This document shows positions 1 through 6,999 of a stretch of DNA of 7,942 bases, piece after piece. Below the pieces are notes generated by a model. It was not told the DNA's origin. It saw only the letters and a list, made by a program, of their open reading frames with translations, and did no database searches. Both the position numbers and the translations under genes were made by a program. The DNA is from Promethearchaeota archaeon (lineage in GTDB: Archaea; Asgardarchaeota; Thorarchaeia; Thorarchaeales; Thorarchaeaceae): contig JALVPN010000091.1 of assembly GCA_027031765.1 (NCBI GenBank), positions 17,620 to 25,561 on the forward strand, in the 5' to 3' direction. Every line of letters starts with the position of its first letter. Within the stretch, counting starts at the first letter, position 1.

Positions 1-415
1 TCACGTACTTGTCAATTGGACTGCCTTCGACCGGTGCTGTCAGGAACTCCACATCGCCGTACACTTCCCGCATGCGAGCTTCGAAGTCCCCGTCGCCAGT
101 GTACATCGCTTGGGGCCCCCCGCTCACAGCACAGTTGCCCATTGCCACCAAGATGCGTGCGCGCGCCCTGATGTCCTTTATGTGCTCGGCTTCCTCCTCA
201 GTGCTTATGCTGCCCTCAACGAGTGCTACATCCAGCTCTCCCTCGACAGGGTTGCTGGACGCCATCACGAACGACCTGATGTCGGCAGCACCGAACAGGT
301 TGAGCAGCTCGTCCTCCGTGTGTATGATGAGTAGCTGGTCGCCGGCACAGCCGGTGAACCCGTAGATGCCAATCTTTGGCCTTTCACCTGACTGTCCATC
401 CTTGGTCGCACCCAT
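1..415 (-). CDS. hydD: Group 3b [NiFe]-hydrogenase small (delta) subunit, 3'-truncated by the window edge
   Basis: Not in the ORF track; translated by hand from the ATG at 415-413, with no stop before position 1: MGATKDGQSGERPKIGIYGFTGCAGDQLLIIHTEDELLNLFGAADIRSF...ELDVALVEGSISTEEEAEHIKDIRARARILVAMGNCAVSGGPQAM...PIDKYV. It has the small-subunit motifs GCxG(C/D), 'DVALVEGSI' and 'VAMGNCAVSGG', and directly follows the beta- and gamma-type genes. Confidence 0.92.
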   Translation of the reverse strand, partial: MGATKDGQSGERPKIGIYGFTGCAGDQLLIIHTEDELLNLFGAADIRSFVMASSNPVEGELDVALVEGSISTEEEAEHIKDIRARARILVAMGNCAVSGGPQAMYTGDGDFEARMREVYGDVEFLTAPVEGSPIDKYV

Positions 416-1270
416 CTATATCAGCTCCCTGAAGTGGAGTGTGTCCCAGTAGGTGAATACTGGCCCGTCAATGCAGGTGTACAGGTGGTCAAGGACACAG
501 TGACCACACTTGCCCACGCCGCACTTCATCCTGCGTTCCAGTGTCATCTGTATCTGGTTCTTTGGGACCTCCAGTTTGAGCAGTTCCTGTATCACGAACT
601 TGTACATTACTGGTGGCCCACAGACCACTGCGTTCGTCCTCTTTGGGTCCATCTCGGGCAGGTACTGGAACAGTGTGGTCACGACGCCCTCGTGTTCGCT
701 CCAGTCCTTGTGGTCGCCGACCCGGTCGACCGTGTACAGGCACTCGATGTCCTCGCGTTCCTTCAGCTGGAAGAACTCATCCTTGAAGAGTATCTCGTCG
801 GGGTTCCTCGCACCGTACAAGAAGAACAGCCGACCGAACTGGTCGCGGTTGTCAAGTACGTAGTACAGGATTGAGCGCAGTGGGATGACGCCCAGACCAC
901 CCGCCACGATTATGATGTCCTTGCCACGCATCTGGTCTATCTTGAACCCATTGCCATAGGGGCCCCGGATGTACACGATGTCGTTGTCCTTCTTCTGGAA
1001 GAGGGCGTCCGTCAGGCGGCCCACTTTCCGGATGCCGAGCTCGAGGATACCTGGCCGGCTCGGAGTGGACGATATCGAGAAGGGCGCCTCCCCAACGCCG
1101 GGGACTGACAGCATGATGAACTGGCCCGGGTTGTAGGTGAACGACATTGCGCGGGCCATGTCCACAAAGCGCACCTGGAAGAACCTGTGGTCCTTGATCA
1201 GGTTGTAGTGTCTGACAATCCTTGCCGGTTCCGGCTGGAACGGGTTGTCCGCAGTGTCTGCTGTCTGCAT
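416..1270 (-). CDS. hydG: Group 3b hydrogenase gamma subunit (FAD/NAD(P)-binding, [2Fe-2S]; AsrB/PyrK-like FNR family)
   Basis: 284 aa. FAD-binding barrel (YNPGQFIMLS...EAPFSISS...RKVGRLT...RGPYGNGF), nucleotide-binding 'IVAGGLGVIPLRS', 'VCGPPVMYK', and the C-terminal 2Fe-2S motif 'ERRMKCGVGKCGHC...CIDGPVF'. Confidence 0.92.
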   Translation of the reverse strand: MQTADTADNPFQPEPARIVRHYNLIKDHRFFQVRFVDMARAMSFTYNPGQFIMLSVPGVGEAPFSISSTPSRPGILELGIRKVGRLTDALFQKKDNDIVYIRGPYGNGFKIDQMRGKDIIIVAGGLGVIPLRSILYYVLDNRDQFGRLFFLYGARNPDEILFKDEFFQLKEREDIECLYTVDRVGDHKDWSEHEGVVTTLFQYLPEMDPKRTNAVVCGPPVMYKFVIQELLKLEVPKNQIQMTLERRMKCGVGKCGHCVLDHLYTCIDGPVFTYWDTLHFRELI

Positions 1271-1271
1271 C

Positions 1272-2351
1272 TTATGATGGCACCTCCTGTTGGAGTAGCG
1301 CCCTCGACACTGTCAGCACGTTTATGTCGACAGGGCATGTCCTCACACACCTACCGCACCCCACACAGCTCGGCTTCCCATACTCACCACCGAAGGCCCT
1401 GAGCTTGTGAGTGTACCACAGCTTCAGCCTGTCGGCCCGGCTGCCCCTGAAGTTGTGGCCCCCCGCGACCAGGCTGTAGTCCACGAACATGCAACTGTCC
1501 CAGACCCGTTCGCGTCGTCCTGTGGTCTCGCTGTTGACGTCGAGGATGTCCACAACGTTATAGCAGTTGCACGTCGGACAGACCATTGTACACTGTCCAC
1601 ATGAGATGCACTTCTCAGCAAAGTAGTCCCAGATGTCCGAGTTGTAGCTGAGCTCCATCAGGTCGGGCATGTTCTTGAACTCGAAGGAGGTCACGAACAT
1701 GCTGTCCCGTTTTGCACGCCACTGGATGTACCGTTCAATGTCCTCGTGCAGCACGTCCTCATCAAAGTACTCCTCGTTCTCAAGTACCATGTCGTGTCCT
1801 AGGCTTGAGCCCACCCAGACGAGGTAGTAGTCTTCCAGGTCCACAAAGAACAGGTCGAACCCCTCCTCGACAATGTCGGTGCCGGTGCTCTTGCACAGAC
1901 ACGCCTCGTCCGGTAGGCACGAGAACCCTATGATTGCGGTGTTCGCACGTGCCCTCTCATAGTACGGGTCGACCGGGTCCTGGAGGAACACGTCGTCCAG
2001 CCTCAGGAGCCCGTGGATCTCACACGGGTGCACACCGACCACTACTCTCTTCTCAACGACCGGGTAGTCGGTCGTGAAACCATCATTGTCGAACCTGAAC
2101 ATGTCGAAACGCGTCGGGTGCACGAGCTTCTTCAGCGGGAGCAGTGTGTGCCAGTCCCCTGTCAGGACGACCTCGTCCACGTCGTGCACCTCGTCATATT
2201 TGAGCACGCCGTTTCTCACTACTGGCCCGTAGAGCTTTCCAAACTTCTCAAGGCTCTCCAAGAACCCTTTCAGGAACTCCGACTTCATCTTTAGGATCCG
2301 CACGGTAAACACCGGGTCCTGTGTATCTGGGGTTGTGTGCACGGGTGTCAT
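1272..2351 (-). CDS. hydB: Group 3b hydrogenase beta subunit (4Fe-4S dicluster protein, AsrA-like)
   Basis: 359 aa. Motifs 'GVHPCEIHGL', 'CLPDEACLC', 'CISCGQCTMVCPTCNC', 'RVWDSC' and 'CVGCGRCVRTCPVDI'. The ATG at 2351 is preceded by GGTGA (SD-like) 6 nt upstream. An alternative GTG start at 2303 (MRILKMK...) fits the usual N-terminus of this family as I recall it. Confidence 0.9.
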   Translation of the reverse strand: MTPVHTTPDTQDPVFTVRILKMKSEFLKGFLESLEKFGKLYGPVVRNGVLKYDEVHDVDEVVLTGDWHTLLPLKKLVHPTRFDMFRFDNDGFTTDYPVVEKRVVVGVHPCEIHGLLRLDDVFLQDPVDPYYERARANTAIIGFSCLPDEACLCKSTGTDIVEEGFDLFFVDLEDYYLVWVGSSLGHDMVLENEEYFDEDVLHEDIERYIQWRAKRDSMFVTSFEFKNMPDLMELSYNSDIWDYFAEKCISCGQCTMVCPTCNCYNVVDILDVNSETTGRRERVWDSCMFVDYSLVAGGHNFRGSRADRLKLWYTHKLRAFGGEYGKPSCVGCGRCVRTCPVDINVLTVSRALLQQEVPS

Positions 2352-2414
2352 GTGCCCTCACCGGCGTGCACCGGCCACGACCGACAGCCGTGCACCCCAG
2401 ACGCGCGAGAAGAG

Positions 2415-2426
2415 TTGATAAAAAAC
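2415..2426. promoter_or_regulatory. TATA-like AT island in the divergent hydB/amzA intergenic region
   Basis: TTGATAAAAAAC, which reads GTTTTTTATCAA on the minus strand. It is the most AT-rich run of the 213-bp divergent gap. Confidence 0.5.
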
Positions 2427-2564
2427 TTCAGGTATCGCTTCACAACAATCTGTGTAGGGCCGCTTCCGTTTCCGCTCATGTACAGCAGCAGGGGTTCATG
2501 ACTACTGGCACCTGTGCACGGGCCGTGCAGGAACGGCCAGTCTGCTACCACCGTTGGAGGATGT

Positions 2565-3116
2565 GTGAGACCGGTGACGCACGAAGTCCGGCTGTACGGG
2601 TTCGAGGGCGTTGACGCAGCGCTCCTCAAAGGACTCGTCACACCGCTTTCCGAGGAGCTCGAAGGAGTGGTCGACGGTTTGGCTGTGGAGACCGTCCCCA
2701 TCCCAGAACCGACGGGGAGTTTCAACCCCACACGCAACCAGTACCGGGCAGTCCCGTTCCTGAAGGCCCTGAGGGCAACAGCGCCACCGCACACGCACGG
2801 TCTTGCTCTCGTAGACCTTGACCTCTACGTCGAAGACCTCAACTTCATATTTGGTGTCGCCACGTTCAACGGCAACGCCCTTGTGGCCCTTGCCCGGCTG
2901 AGACCGCAGTTCTATGCTCTCGACCCTGACCCGGAACTCTTCTTCACTCGTGTCCTCAAGGAGTGCCTCCATGAGCTTGGCCACGTCTTCGGCCTTGACC
3001 ACTGCACCAACAACTGTGTCATGCGGTTCTCCAACACACTTGCTGATACAGACGCCAAGCCGGCAGGGTACTGCGACCAGTGTCGCTCACGCATGCTTAC
3101 CAGCAGGGCCCCTTAG
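2565..3116 (+). CDS. amzA: Archaemetzincin (Zn metalloprotease, peptidase M54)
   Basis: Metzincin motif HELGHVFGLDH, followed by 'CTNNCVMRFSN...CDQC' (Met-turn plus Cys4 Zn site). Also 'RNQYRA', 'DLYVEDLNFIFG' and 'ALVALARL'. Start moved from the ORF-track 2514 to GTG 2565 because GGAGG lies at 2556-2560; GTG 2574 is also possible. Confidence 0.93.
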   Translation: MRPVTHEVRLYGFEGVDAALLKGLVTPLSEELEGVVDGLAVETVPIPEPTGSFNPTRNQYRAVPFLKALRATAPPHTHGLALVDLDLYVEDLNFIFGVATFNGNALVALARLRPQFYALDPDPELFFTRVLKECLHELGHVFGLDHCTNNCVMRFSNTLADTDAKPAGYCDQCRSRMLTSRAP

Positions 3117-3139
3117 TCCCCGACTGGCCTATGGTCAGG

Positions 3140-3147
3140 TATTTATC
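3140..3147 (+). promoter_or_regulatory. Putative archaeal TATA box for trmO
   Basis: TATTTATC lies about 35-40 nt upstream of the ATG at 3180, inside the 63-bp amzA-trmO gap. Confidence 0.5.
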
Positions 3148-3179
3148 GGTCAGCACCGTGTGCTGGAAGGGGGACGCAC

Positions 3180-3671
3180 ATGCTCCCGGTACAGTACAGG
3201 CCTATTGGCGTGATACACTCCAAGTTCAAGGAGCCGCAGGGGACTCCGATACAGGCATCAGTGGCGAAGGGTTCTGCGGGCTTCATAGAGATATTCCCCG
3301 AGTACGTCGAGGGCCTTCAGGACATTGATGGCTTCTCTCACATCATCCTCCTCTACCACTTTCACAGGGCAAAGGAGTACCGCCTCCGGGTCAGGCCCTA
3401 TATGGACTCGCAGGTCCATGGTGTGTTTGCCACAAGGTCTCCAAGCAGGCCGAATGCCATTGGCATCTCGGTGGTCAGACTGGTCGAGGTCAGAGGGAAC
3501 ACCCTCCACATTGAGGACGTCGATGTGCTCGATGAGACCCCACTCCTCGACATCAAACCATACGTCCCACAGTTCGACCACAGAGAGGTCTCCCGTATCG
3601 GCTGGCTCGGTCGGAACATCGACCGCCTGCCCCACATCCACGATGACGGCCGGTTTGCTGCCCGCTCCTAG
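3180..3671 (+). CDS. trmO: tRNA (N6-threonylcarbamoyladenosine(37)-N6)-methyltransferase TrmO/TsaA family (YaeB/AF0241-like, short form)
   Basis: 163 aa with 'PIGVIHS', 'LQDIDGFSHIILLYHFH', 'GVFATRSPSRPNAIGISVV', 'VDVLDETPLLDIKPY' and the C-terminal 'GWL...DDGRF'. A G-rich RBS lies at 3169-3173. Confidence 0.92.
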   Translation: MLPVQYRPIGVIHSKFKEPQGTPIQASVAKGSAGFIEIFPEYVEGLQDIDGFSHIILLYHFHRAKEYRLRVRPYMDSQVHGVFATRSPSRPNAIGISVVRLVEVRGNTLHIEDVDVLDETPLLDIKPYVPQFDHREVSRIGWLGRNIDRLPHIHDDGRFAARS

Positions 3672-3747
3672 CCCTTCGACCCCTTTCATGAGCACGGCAC
3701 ACAGGAGTTGCCCCTCTACATGATGCCCCAACTCGCGACCACTTCTC

Positions 3748-3785
3748 TGGTCTGTGGGACACGTACGGTCACCGTGGTCTGTGGG
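3748..3785. repeat. 11-bp direct repeat pair flanking an 11-bp palindrome
   Basis: TGGTCTGTGGG at 3748-3758 and 3775-3785; ACGGT-C-ACCGT at 3765-3775. Confidence 0.6.
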
Positions 3786-3911
3786 GTCCTGGACGCATCA
3801 GGGAGCACCACTCCGTTGTCCCGTGTGCGACCCGTCCCCTCCTTGGTGCAGCAATACATTCAAATCACGGGTCCCATGTGGACGCCCTAAAGATGTCCGG
3901 TGTGTCCACCC

Positions 3912-5459
3912 ATGCTATCTGACAAGTTCGAGGAGCTCGAAGAGAAACGGAAACGGGCCAGGCTTGGTGGTGGTGAGGCCCGGATCAAGAAGCAGCACGA
4001 CCAGGGGAAGTATACTGCACGCGAGAGGATTGAGCGCCTGCTCGACCCTGGTTCCTTCGTCGAGATTGACGAGTTCGTGGAGCACCGTTGCTACGACTTC
4101 GGCATGGAGGACAAGAAGATACCCGGTGACGGTGTGATAACCGGGTATGGCACCATCGACGGCCGGAAGGTCTTCGTCTTCAGTCAGGACTTCACAGTCT
4201 TTGGAGGCTCCCTCTCTGAGATGTATGGTCTGAAAATATGTAAGGTCATGGACCTGGCAATGGAGGTCGGGGCACCTGTGATCGGACTCAACGATGGTGC
4301 TGGGGCCCGCGTGCAGGAAGGCGTCAGGGCACTTGCAAGCTATGCATGGGTGTTCCACAGGAACATTCTCGCCAGCGGTGTCATCCCACAGATCTCGGCA
4401 ATCATGGGCCCGTGTGCTGGCGGGGCGGTATACAGTCCGGCGCTGACCGACTTCATCCTCATGGTGAAGGACACGTCATACATGTTCATCACGGGGCCCG
4501 AGGTTATCAAGACCGTGACGGGCGAGGTGGTCGACTTTGAGCAGCTCGGTGGTGCGCTCAAGCACAACTCTGTCAGTGGCGTCGCGAGTTTCATGAGTGA
4601 GGACGAGGAGCACTGTTTCCAGCAGATAAGGAAGCTGCTCAGCTTCATCCCGAGCAACAACATGGAAGACCCGCCACGAGTGGAGACCGGACATGCGCCT
4701 GATGATGTGGACATGTCAATCGATGAGGTCGTCCCTGCCGAGCCGAACAAGCCCTATGACATGCGGGATGTGATAACCCGTGTCGTGGACAACGGTGACT
4801 TCTTTGAGGTGCACGAGCACTGGGCAAAGAACATTGTCGTGGGTTTCGCGAGGATGGACGGTCGTTCGGTGGGCATTGTTGGCAACCAGCCCGCTCACCT
4901 TGCTGGCACCCTCGACATTGATGCCTCCGACAAGTGCGCCCGCTTCGTGAGGTTCTGCGACGCCTTCAACATCCCCCTCATCACATTCATGGATGTCCCG
5001 GGATACCTCCCAGGCACGCAGCAGGAGTGGGGCGGCATAATCAGACACGGTGCCAAGATCCTCTATGCTTTCAGTGAGGCCACAGTACCCAAGATTACGG
5101 TCATCACCCGTAAGGCCTATGGTGGCGCGTACGACGTGATGAGCAGCAAGCATATCGGCGCAGACCTCGTGTTCGCCTGGCCCACCGCAGAGATTGCAGT
5201 CATGGGCCCTGATGGCGCAATCAACATCATATTCAGGAAGGAGATCAAGGCGGCCGAGGACAAGGAGAAGAAGCGCAAGGAACTGGTCGCGGAGTACCGC
5301 AAGAAGTTTGCGAACCCGTACGTGGCCGCACAGCTGGGCTACATTGACAAGGTGATACTCCCGCATGAGACCCGTCCGCTGATATGCAGGGGGCTCGATA
5401 TGCTTGAGACGAAGCGTCTGACGAGGCCACCCAAGAAGCATGGGAACATCCCACTGTAG
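3912..5459 (+). CDS. pccB: Acyl-CoA carboxylase carboxyltransferase subunit (propionyl-CoA carboxylase beta / methylmalonyl-CoA decarboxylase alpha / transcarboxylase 12S family)
   Basis: 515 aa from ATG 3912 (the ORF-track GTG 3900 is in frame). Motifs '[20 protein letters not shown]', '[10 protein letters not shown]', 'QDFTVFGGS', '[16 protein letters not shown]', '[20 protein letters not shown]', '[15 protein letters not shown]', '[11 protein letters not shown]' and the terminal 'KKHGNIPL'. The Asp in GGAYDVM matches the Streptomyces PccB specificity residue for propionyl-CoA. Confidence 0.95.
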   Translation: MLSDKFEELEEKRKRARLGGGEARIKKQHDQGKYTARERIERLLDPGSFVEIDEFVEHRCYDFGMEDKKIPGDGVITGYGTIDGRKVFVFSQDFTVFGGSLSEMYGLKICKVMDLAMEVGAPVIGLNDGAGARVQEGVRALASYAWVFHRNILASGVIPQISAIMGPCAGGAVYSPALTDFILMVKDTSYMFITGPEVIKTVTGEVVDFEQLGGALKHNSVSGVASFMSEDEEHCFQQIRKLLSFIPSNNMEDPPRVETGHAPDDVDMSIDEVVPAEPNKPYDMRDVITRVVDNGDFFEVHEHWAKNIVVGFARMDGRSVGIVGNQPAHLAGTLDIDASDKCARFVRFCDAFNIPLITFMDVPGYLPGTQQEWGGIIRHGAKILYAFSEATVPKITVITRKAYGGAYDVMSSKHIGADLVFAWPTAEIAVMGPDGAINIIFRKEIKAAEDKEKKRKELVAEYRKKFANPYVAAQLGYIDKVILPHETRPLICRGLDMLETKRLTRPPKKHGNIPL

Positions 5460-5549
5460 TCCCACTGCGTATGGTCATCCCGACCTGACCTGTCCTGTCC
5501 AGCTACACCGCGCTAGGCAAGGCTGCACGCCCACGTGGCCGCTGTCGTG

Positions 5550-5580
5550 AGGGCCCGGCCGCACCATTAATAGGGCCCGG
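5550..5580 (+). promoter_or_regulatory. TATA-like element bracketed by 9-bp direct repeats, upstream of the methyltransferase
   Basis: AGGGCCCGG (5550-5558), then CCGCACCATTAAT, then AGGGCCCGG (5572-5580). ATTAATA lies at 5566-5572. Confidence 0.45.
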
Positions 5581-5658
5581 GAGTGTCAGTCCACCGTCAA
5601 CAGGTCTGTCCCACTCCGAGCAGGGCTGTGACCGGGCCTGGTGTACGGAGGGCCTCCA

Positions 5659-6330
5659 TTGTCATACTATTCCGACTCCCTGTCCGCAGGACGCCTCAAG
5701 AAATGCTATGAGATTGCCCCACCACGTGTTGTCCAGTACCTCGCCGCGGAGGTGAGGTATGTCCTCGACCATATCCGCGCTACTGATAGGGTGCTGGAGC
5801 TCGGTTGCGGCTACGGCCGGGTCCTCCATGGCCTCCTCCCGGCAGGTGCTGTCCTTGTCGGCATTGATATCTCCTATCCCAGCTTGGCAATGGCGCACCG
5901 CGAGCTCCCGGTACTTTCGTCACTGGACCTGGCAACAATGGATGCATTCTCTCTCGCCATAAGGCCCCAGACCTTCGACGTTGTGGTCTGCATCCAGAAC
6001 GGACTGTCGGCCTTCGGTCGCGACCCCCGGCGTCTGGTCAACGAGGCCGTCCGGGTAACACGACATGGTGGGACGTGTCTGTTCTCGACCTACTCGCCGA
6101 GGTTCTGGGAACACAGGTTGGAGTGGTTCGTGCGGCAGTCTGACCACGGCCTTATTGGACCAATCGACTGGTCGAGGACGCACGAGGGCGTAGTGGTCTG
6201 CAAGGACGGCTTCGTGTCACGCACCCTACCAGTAGAAGAGCTGGAGGAAATCGGCACCAGTACGGGACAGCCCTTCGAGATTGTGGAGGTCGATATGTCC
6301 AGCATGTTCCTCCGCCTACGTGTGCACTAG
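5659..6330 (+). CDS. Class I SAM-dependent methyltransferase, substrate unknown
   Basis: Motif I 'VLELGCGYGRV', post-I 'LVGIDIS', 'MDAFSL...TFDVVVCIQNG', and 'VRVTRHGGTCLFSTY'. A TTG start at 5659 is preferred because GGAGG lies at 5647-5651; the ORF-track GTG 5641 is in frame. Confidence 0.88.
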   Translation: MSYYSDSLSAGRLKKCYEIAPPRVVQYLAAEVRYVLDHIRATDRVLELGCGYGRVLHGLLPAGAVLVGIDISYPSLAMAHRELPVLSSLDLATMDAFSLAIRPQTFDVVVCIQNGLSAFGRDPRRLVNEAVRVTRHGGTCLFSTYSPRFWEHRLEWFVRQSDHGLIGPIDWSRTHEGVVVCKDGFVSRTLPVEELEEIGTSTGQPFEIVEVDMSSMFLRLRVH

Positions 6331-6462
6331 ACCGCTGTTCCAGTCCGTGTTGCCCGGCAAGTGTTACGTCGTCAGGAGCAGTGTTCCTGGTCATGTGAGG
6401 TACCCAGCACCCGTCTGGGCCAGTGCTGTGATACTCGTTGCTCCACCGTTGCTGGCTGGACT

Positions 6463-6488
6463 GTACCGTGGGCTGCGGTACCGTGGGC
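6463..6488. repeat. Short direct repeat GTACCGTGGGC x2 (15-bp period)
   Basis: Copies at 6463-6473 and 6478-6488. The second copy overlaps the palindrome CGGTACCG (6476-6483). Confidence 0.5.
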
Positions 6489-6781
6489 AACACAGTTGCG
6501 TCATCTCTGTTGTCCATGCCATCGTCCATCAGGACGGTCTTGCGGAGTCATCGCAACACGGGTACGTCGCTCCTGTTGCCCCCAATGGTCGACTGGGCAA
6601 GGGGCATGGGCCTGGCCATTCTCATAGTGACCATGTCCTTCAGTGCCACCACTGATATGACTGGTAGGCCTGTGCTTGCCCACACGGACGACTGGTGCCG
6701 TCCTCACATGGGCCTGGCCCGGTGTCCTGTAAGGGTCCCCCGACTCTCTTGAGGGGCTGATGGCAATGGGGACGCCCCGTA

Positions 6782-6809
6782 GGGACACAACAAGGCCCTC
6801 CTGTGTCCC
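6782..6809. repeat. Perfect 8-bp inverted repeat with a 12-nt spacer
   Basis: GGGACACA (6782-6789) and TGTGTCCC (6802-6809). Confidence 0.55.
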
Positions 6810-6993
6810 GTGCTGGCAGCCCTCATACTCAGGGCCCTGTTGCTGACCGGCCACTACTGGGCAGCAGTCCCTGTCATGTGGCCCCCGGTATCTGGGGTCT
6901 ACTGTGCGCCTGTCCTCATGGTCACTCAGCCGGGTGTGGTCGCCAGCAGGCGGGTACGAATACCCTTGGCCATAGCTGCCCCAGCGGAACGGC

Positions 6994-6999
6994 TTTATT
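6994..6999 (+). promoter_or_regulatory. Putative archaeal TATA box for the oadA/pycB-like gene
   Basis: TTTATT starts 35 nt upstream of ATG 7029, consistent with a short-leader transcript. No clear SD precedes the ATG. Confidence 0.45.

Noticed and set aside
416-2351. Anaerobic sulfite reductase asrAB
   Set aside because: The beta and gamma subunits are AsrA/AsrB homologues, but the next gene is a [NiFe]-hydrogenase small subunit rather than a siroheme AsrC.
2414-2426. SurR binding site (GTT-N3-AAC) upstream of the hydrogenase
   Set aside because: The GTT...AAC spacing is N7. The N3 reading (GTTGATAAA) is mismatched, and the extended second half-site is absent.
2565-3116. AmzA acting as the hydrogenase maturation protease
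   Set aside because: Large-subunit C-terminal processing is done by the unrelated HycI/HybD family. Adjacency is the only support.
3672-3911. ORFs 3708-3890, 3754-4137 and 3553-3762, or a C/D-box sRNA, in the trmO-pccB gap
   Set aside because: The peptides have no recognisable features, and no complete RUGAUGA/CUGA box pair was found.
4716-5465. Long antisense ORFs (4716-5465, 3915-4358, 7080-7643, 3258-3731, 2502-3002, 434-874, 9-365 and others)
   Set aside because: They lie opposite well-supported genes and have no recognisable motifs; such shadow ORFs are expected in high-GC coding DNA.
5484-5501. ACCTG-ACCTG-TCCTG-TCC pentamer run after pccB
   Set aside because: Short, degenerate low-complexity repeat; it is neither a terminator nor a CRISPR repeat.
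3766-6486. Shared motifs upstream of both carboxyltransferases (CGGT[C]ACCGTGG at 3766 and 6476; TGTCCCGTG at about 3817 and 6804)
   Set aside because: A rough estimate gives about 0.4-0.6 chance matches of this quality between a 240-bp and a 690-bp region, so they are not significant without cross-genome conservation.
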